From contig CM052832.1 of the NCBI GenBank assembly GCA_028534125.1, positions 7,008,001-7,072,000 of the forward strand: a stretch of DNA of 64,000 nt. Direction: 5' to 3'. The notes below the pieces were generated by a model. The model did no database searches and was not told where the DNA came from. It saw nothing but the letters and a program-made list of their open reading frames with translations. The translations under genes were made by a program, and so were the position numbers. This stretch comes from Lama glama. Its lineage: Eukaryota. Positions 60,820-64,000 of this stretch are shown here, piece after piece (position 1 is the stretch's first letter; the number at the start of each line of letters is the position of its first letter).

Positions 60820-62649
60820 AAAAGCATACTCTATCCAATAATGCAACATATATTTAAAGGATATCTCACAAGTACAGCGTTCACATTTATCCACAGGAAA
60901 TGCTTGGAACTGGTTATGCCACCAGGAGAATTCAACAGATGTTATAAATAATTCAGGAACAAGTTAGAAAAAAAATTTACAGATAAATTTGAGAATTTGA
61001 TTTAAGGAGAATGTAGCTCTTCATATATCTTTGGCCAAAGAACAGTCCATTTCTTACAGGGAAAGTTTCTTCTTCAACCTGGAGCCTGATTCTGGAGAAT
61101 ATTGCTCAAGTGTCCTCACATTTCCCCATGAGTGTGCTAGTCCCTGGAGGCAAGGGCCAGGCATTATACTCCGTCCTGTCCCTCTAAACATCCTGTACAT
61201 ATACAGCAGTCATTTGCATTTGCTGAGACAAACTTAACTGCATTGGTTCATTGCAAGTGCTGGTAAATATGGTCTCCGGGAACCTTCTTGGTACTTTCAG
61301 TGTTCCCTTTGAATGCATAAGATCAGTCCCTGATAATCATTACGTTTCTTGTTATCTGGAAAACATTCTGGGTTTTTTTTTAAACTTTTTTGAAAGATTC
61401 GACCTATTTGGTTTCCCAAGCATTCCGTCTAGTAAGCCTTTTATAAAAGTATGCAATTTGAATAGCAACAGAATAAGTGCACCCTTAGCCTACTGTGATA
61501 CTAGGAAACAGCCAGTGCCAATCAATTAAAAAAAAAAATCCCAGAGTTAGTGCATCCAAACAAAATGGCCGTCAACCAGCAGTTTTCTTCAGAGCATGAC
61601 TATTGGTATTGAGCCTGTGAAGGAAAGGGAGCAGCTGTGAGCTCTCAGGATTTGTCACCATGTTCTTTGAGGAGCAACCCACTGGGATGGACAAGGTGGA
61701 AAGTCTAAGCCCGGTGATATCATGAAAGCACCTGTGGCCACAGGTAAATGATTAATTAGCCTCTCTGGGTTTCAGTGTCGCCATCTATAAAATGCAGAGC
61801 TTACTGACTCAGGTCATGACACCCACATCCCAGAATTTGATCTTCTTAAACCTACTGGTTAAGAAAGATGCTGTTTCCAGAAAAAGAGGATTTGATTTCT
61901 ATATTGGAGAATATAGATTCCTTAACTCACTCAGACTTATTTACAGCTCCATAAGATACCTGGAAGCCCAGAAAAAAACTGACTCTGTGTGTGTGTGTGT
62001 AGTGGGTGGGGAAGGCAACGAGGGTTACAATCAGGCAAGAGTTTAAACATAAACTCTCCTTCAACTCCCCTGATTCTAGAAGAAAACTAATTTTCTCTGT
62101 GATGTGACCAAACTTCATGTATTTTCATGTTCACATTTATCAACAAGACAGCCCTCCAAGAAGAAACATTCTTCCTGAGACTCTTCTTAAGGTCCATCCT
62201 CTACTTCATTCATGGATGAAAAACTCCTGGGGACTAGAGACCTTAGTCTGCAGTCCTGGAATGGTTCAAGAAATAGAAAAGCAGAGTCCAGTTGAAAAGC
62301 ATGAGTCTGGAGAGCTGTCAACAGAAGCAGGCCATGGAATCACTAGAAGTCTGGCTGGAGAAATCAGAGAGGTGCGGCTCATTCTAGACAGCTGCAAACC
62401 CGTGAGAAGACAGAAGCCTGTTCCCGAAGATTCTGCAGTCCTTCCGGAATTCCAGTTCTTTACCAGCACATAGAACAGAAATGGGCGAATGACGTGCCAT
62501 GCAGCACTCTACTGCTGGGCCAAGACAAGGGGAATGAGGACAAGAAGGGACATGTTCTTCAAAGGCTCATGGGCCAGAAGGGCTATGATTGGCTCCTGAT
62601 AACCACTGTAGGAGTGTAAATAAAGATTCCTGTTGTTCAAAACCCATGT

Positions 62650-63180
62650 GAAATAAGAGCCCGCCACAGATGGCTTCGAACGCTTTCAGCATTGTTACCT
62701 ACAAGACTTCTCCACTCATACAAGCAGTAGCCCCGAGCGGTGACTGGGTCTGAACAAGAGCGGATGGTGAAAGGTCTTGTGCACCTGCAGCCAACTTTAG
62801 AGGAGATGGAGGCATGCTTTGCCCTGCGGCACAAGAAGATATAACAAAATAGAACTACACACAAGAACATGGCATCCAACGGGTGAGGTAAATTATGCAG
62901 GTGCCCAAAGTTAAACATGTACCCAAAAGATGCCATTAGACAGCGTCAGAAATACCAAATGACTAACACAGACAGGATGCCAGATAAGCAAGAGGCATGC
63001 GGATGTAAGCAAGTCAGGGAAGTTTTCAAGGAGAATGGCTTTGAATTGCGGGCATGAGGGCCACAGTTGAGAGGAAAAGAGAGGCTTTTGAAAAGCTGCA
63101 AGAGTGAATATAGACACCAACATTGGGAAAGAATGAGCAGCTCAGGCAGCCTGGCATGGAGAATCACCATTTGGTCACAG
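62650..63180 (+). mobile_element. RTE-clade LINE (L4-like) ORF2 fossil
   Basis: RHRWL/ERFQHCYLQ resembles RHIRLLERFHQRCLR. Later cattgggaaagaatgagcagctcaggcagcctggcatggagaatca resembles the WE.LA.DR.AW region. Confidence 0.45.
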
Positions 63181-63519
63181 TAAGAGAAGATGTCACTACT
63201 GGGTAGATCAGTTGGCCAGACTAAGCAACTCAGACACTGTTCTCTGAGTAATAGGGAATCCTTAAAGATAAACAATGTAAGACAGGCTCTTGGTCTTCCA
63301 AAATTCCTCAAGTGAGTCTAAAATATTCATCATTGCTCCTTGCTCCATTGAGGCCTTGCTTCTCGTCACCATGGAAACGCTATTCAGAGTTGCCCACATC
63401 ACCTGTGGCTTTCACAGATCTTCTTCCTAAGTTACAGGCACTCTTGCAAACTTGAAGAAGTTCCTAGAATTGGAAGAAGTCTAAGAAGTTGCCAAATTCC
63501 TTTTCTCACCCATGCAGAA

Positions 63520-63625
63520 ATGTTTTTTTTCTACAAGACCCTCAAGAGCAAGGTATTCCCCAGGCAGACACAGGTCACCACACGTAGGAGGAACTCAGTG
63601 AAGGTTGGTGAGTGAACAAATGAAT
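63520..63625 (+). mobile_element. L2 3' end
   Basis: gtattccccaggcagacacagg...cacacgtaggaggaactcagtgaaggttggtgagtgaacaaatgaa. Confidence 0.55.
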
Positions 63626-64000
63626 TCAGCCATCTCTTAACCTTGGTCATTTGGATCACACTTGCAGGATTGGGCAGCATTTACTCCTTAGAAAGTTCCT
63701 TTCCTCTTTGAGTTAAATTCTGTCCCCCTAATCCTACCACCTATGGGCTCTGGTTCTGTCATCCAAAGAGACATAAGAAATCCACTCATCTCCCCATATC
63801 CCTGCTCTCTTAATAACTGGAGACATTTGTGGGGTCTGAGCCTTTTCCTCTCCAAATAAACATCTCCAGATCCTTTGTGGACCTCAAAGGAATCAACTTG
63901 CAATTGTGAATAAGTCTGGATAACCCTGTCTCTCTTTTAATTCACTGAGAAAGATGGATTGCAGAAAGGGTTGAGTTATAGATTCTGGGGGGAGGCTAGA

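Noticed and set aside
1..64000. CRISPR array, operon or other prokaryotic-style system; named host gene
   Set aside because: The sequence is mammalian and repeat-rich, with no regularly spaced direct repeats and no coding exon I can recognise.

Overview
This is mammalian non-coding genomic DNA, either a large intron or an intergenic region. It is most likely from a camelid, because two tRNA-Ala-derived Vic-1-like SINEs are present. I can support no protein-coding exon, RNA gene or CRISPR array, and I cannot identify the host locus. The longer ORFs I checked trace to transposon fossils, simple repeats or N-gaps; none of the short ones resembles a protein I recognise. The window holds layered repeats. 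Truncated L1 3' ends and SINEs, several with visible target-site duplications, are the youngest. DNA transposons (MER58A, MER112, MER20, MER33, MER81, MER5, Zaphod, MADE2) and MaLR/ERVL LTRs come next. The oldest are MIR, L2, CR1/L3, RTE-type and HAL1 remnants, some still readable as reverse-transcriptase protein. Two 500-N scaffold gaps interrupt the window. Repeat-poor blocks carry clustered PBX/MEIS, FOX, homeodomain, YY1, CTCF-like and NRF1-like motifs, and there is one small orphan CpG island, which suggests an enhancer-rich region. I found no convincing novel biological system. Repeat family names come from remembered consensus sequences, not a database search, and boundaries without a TSD are approximate.
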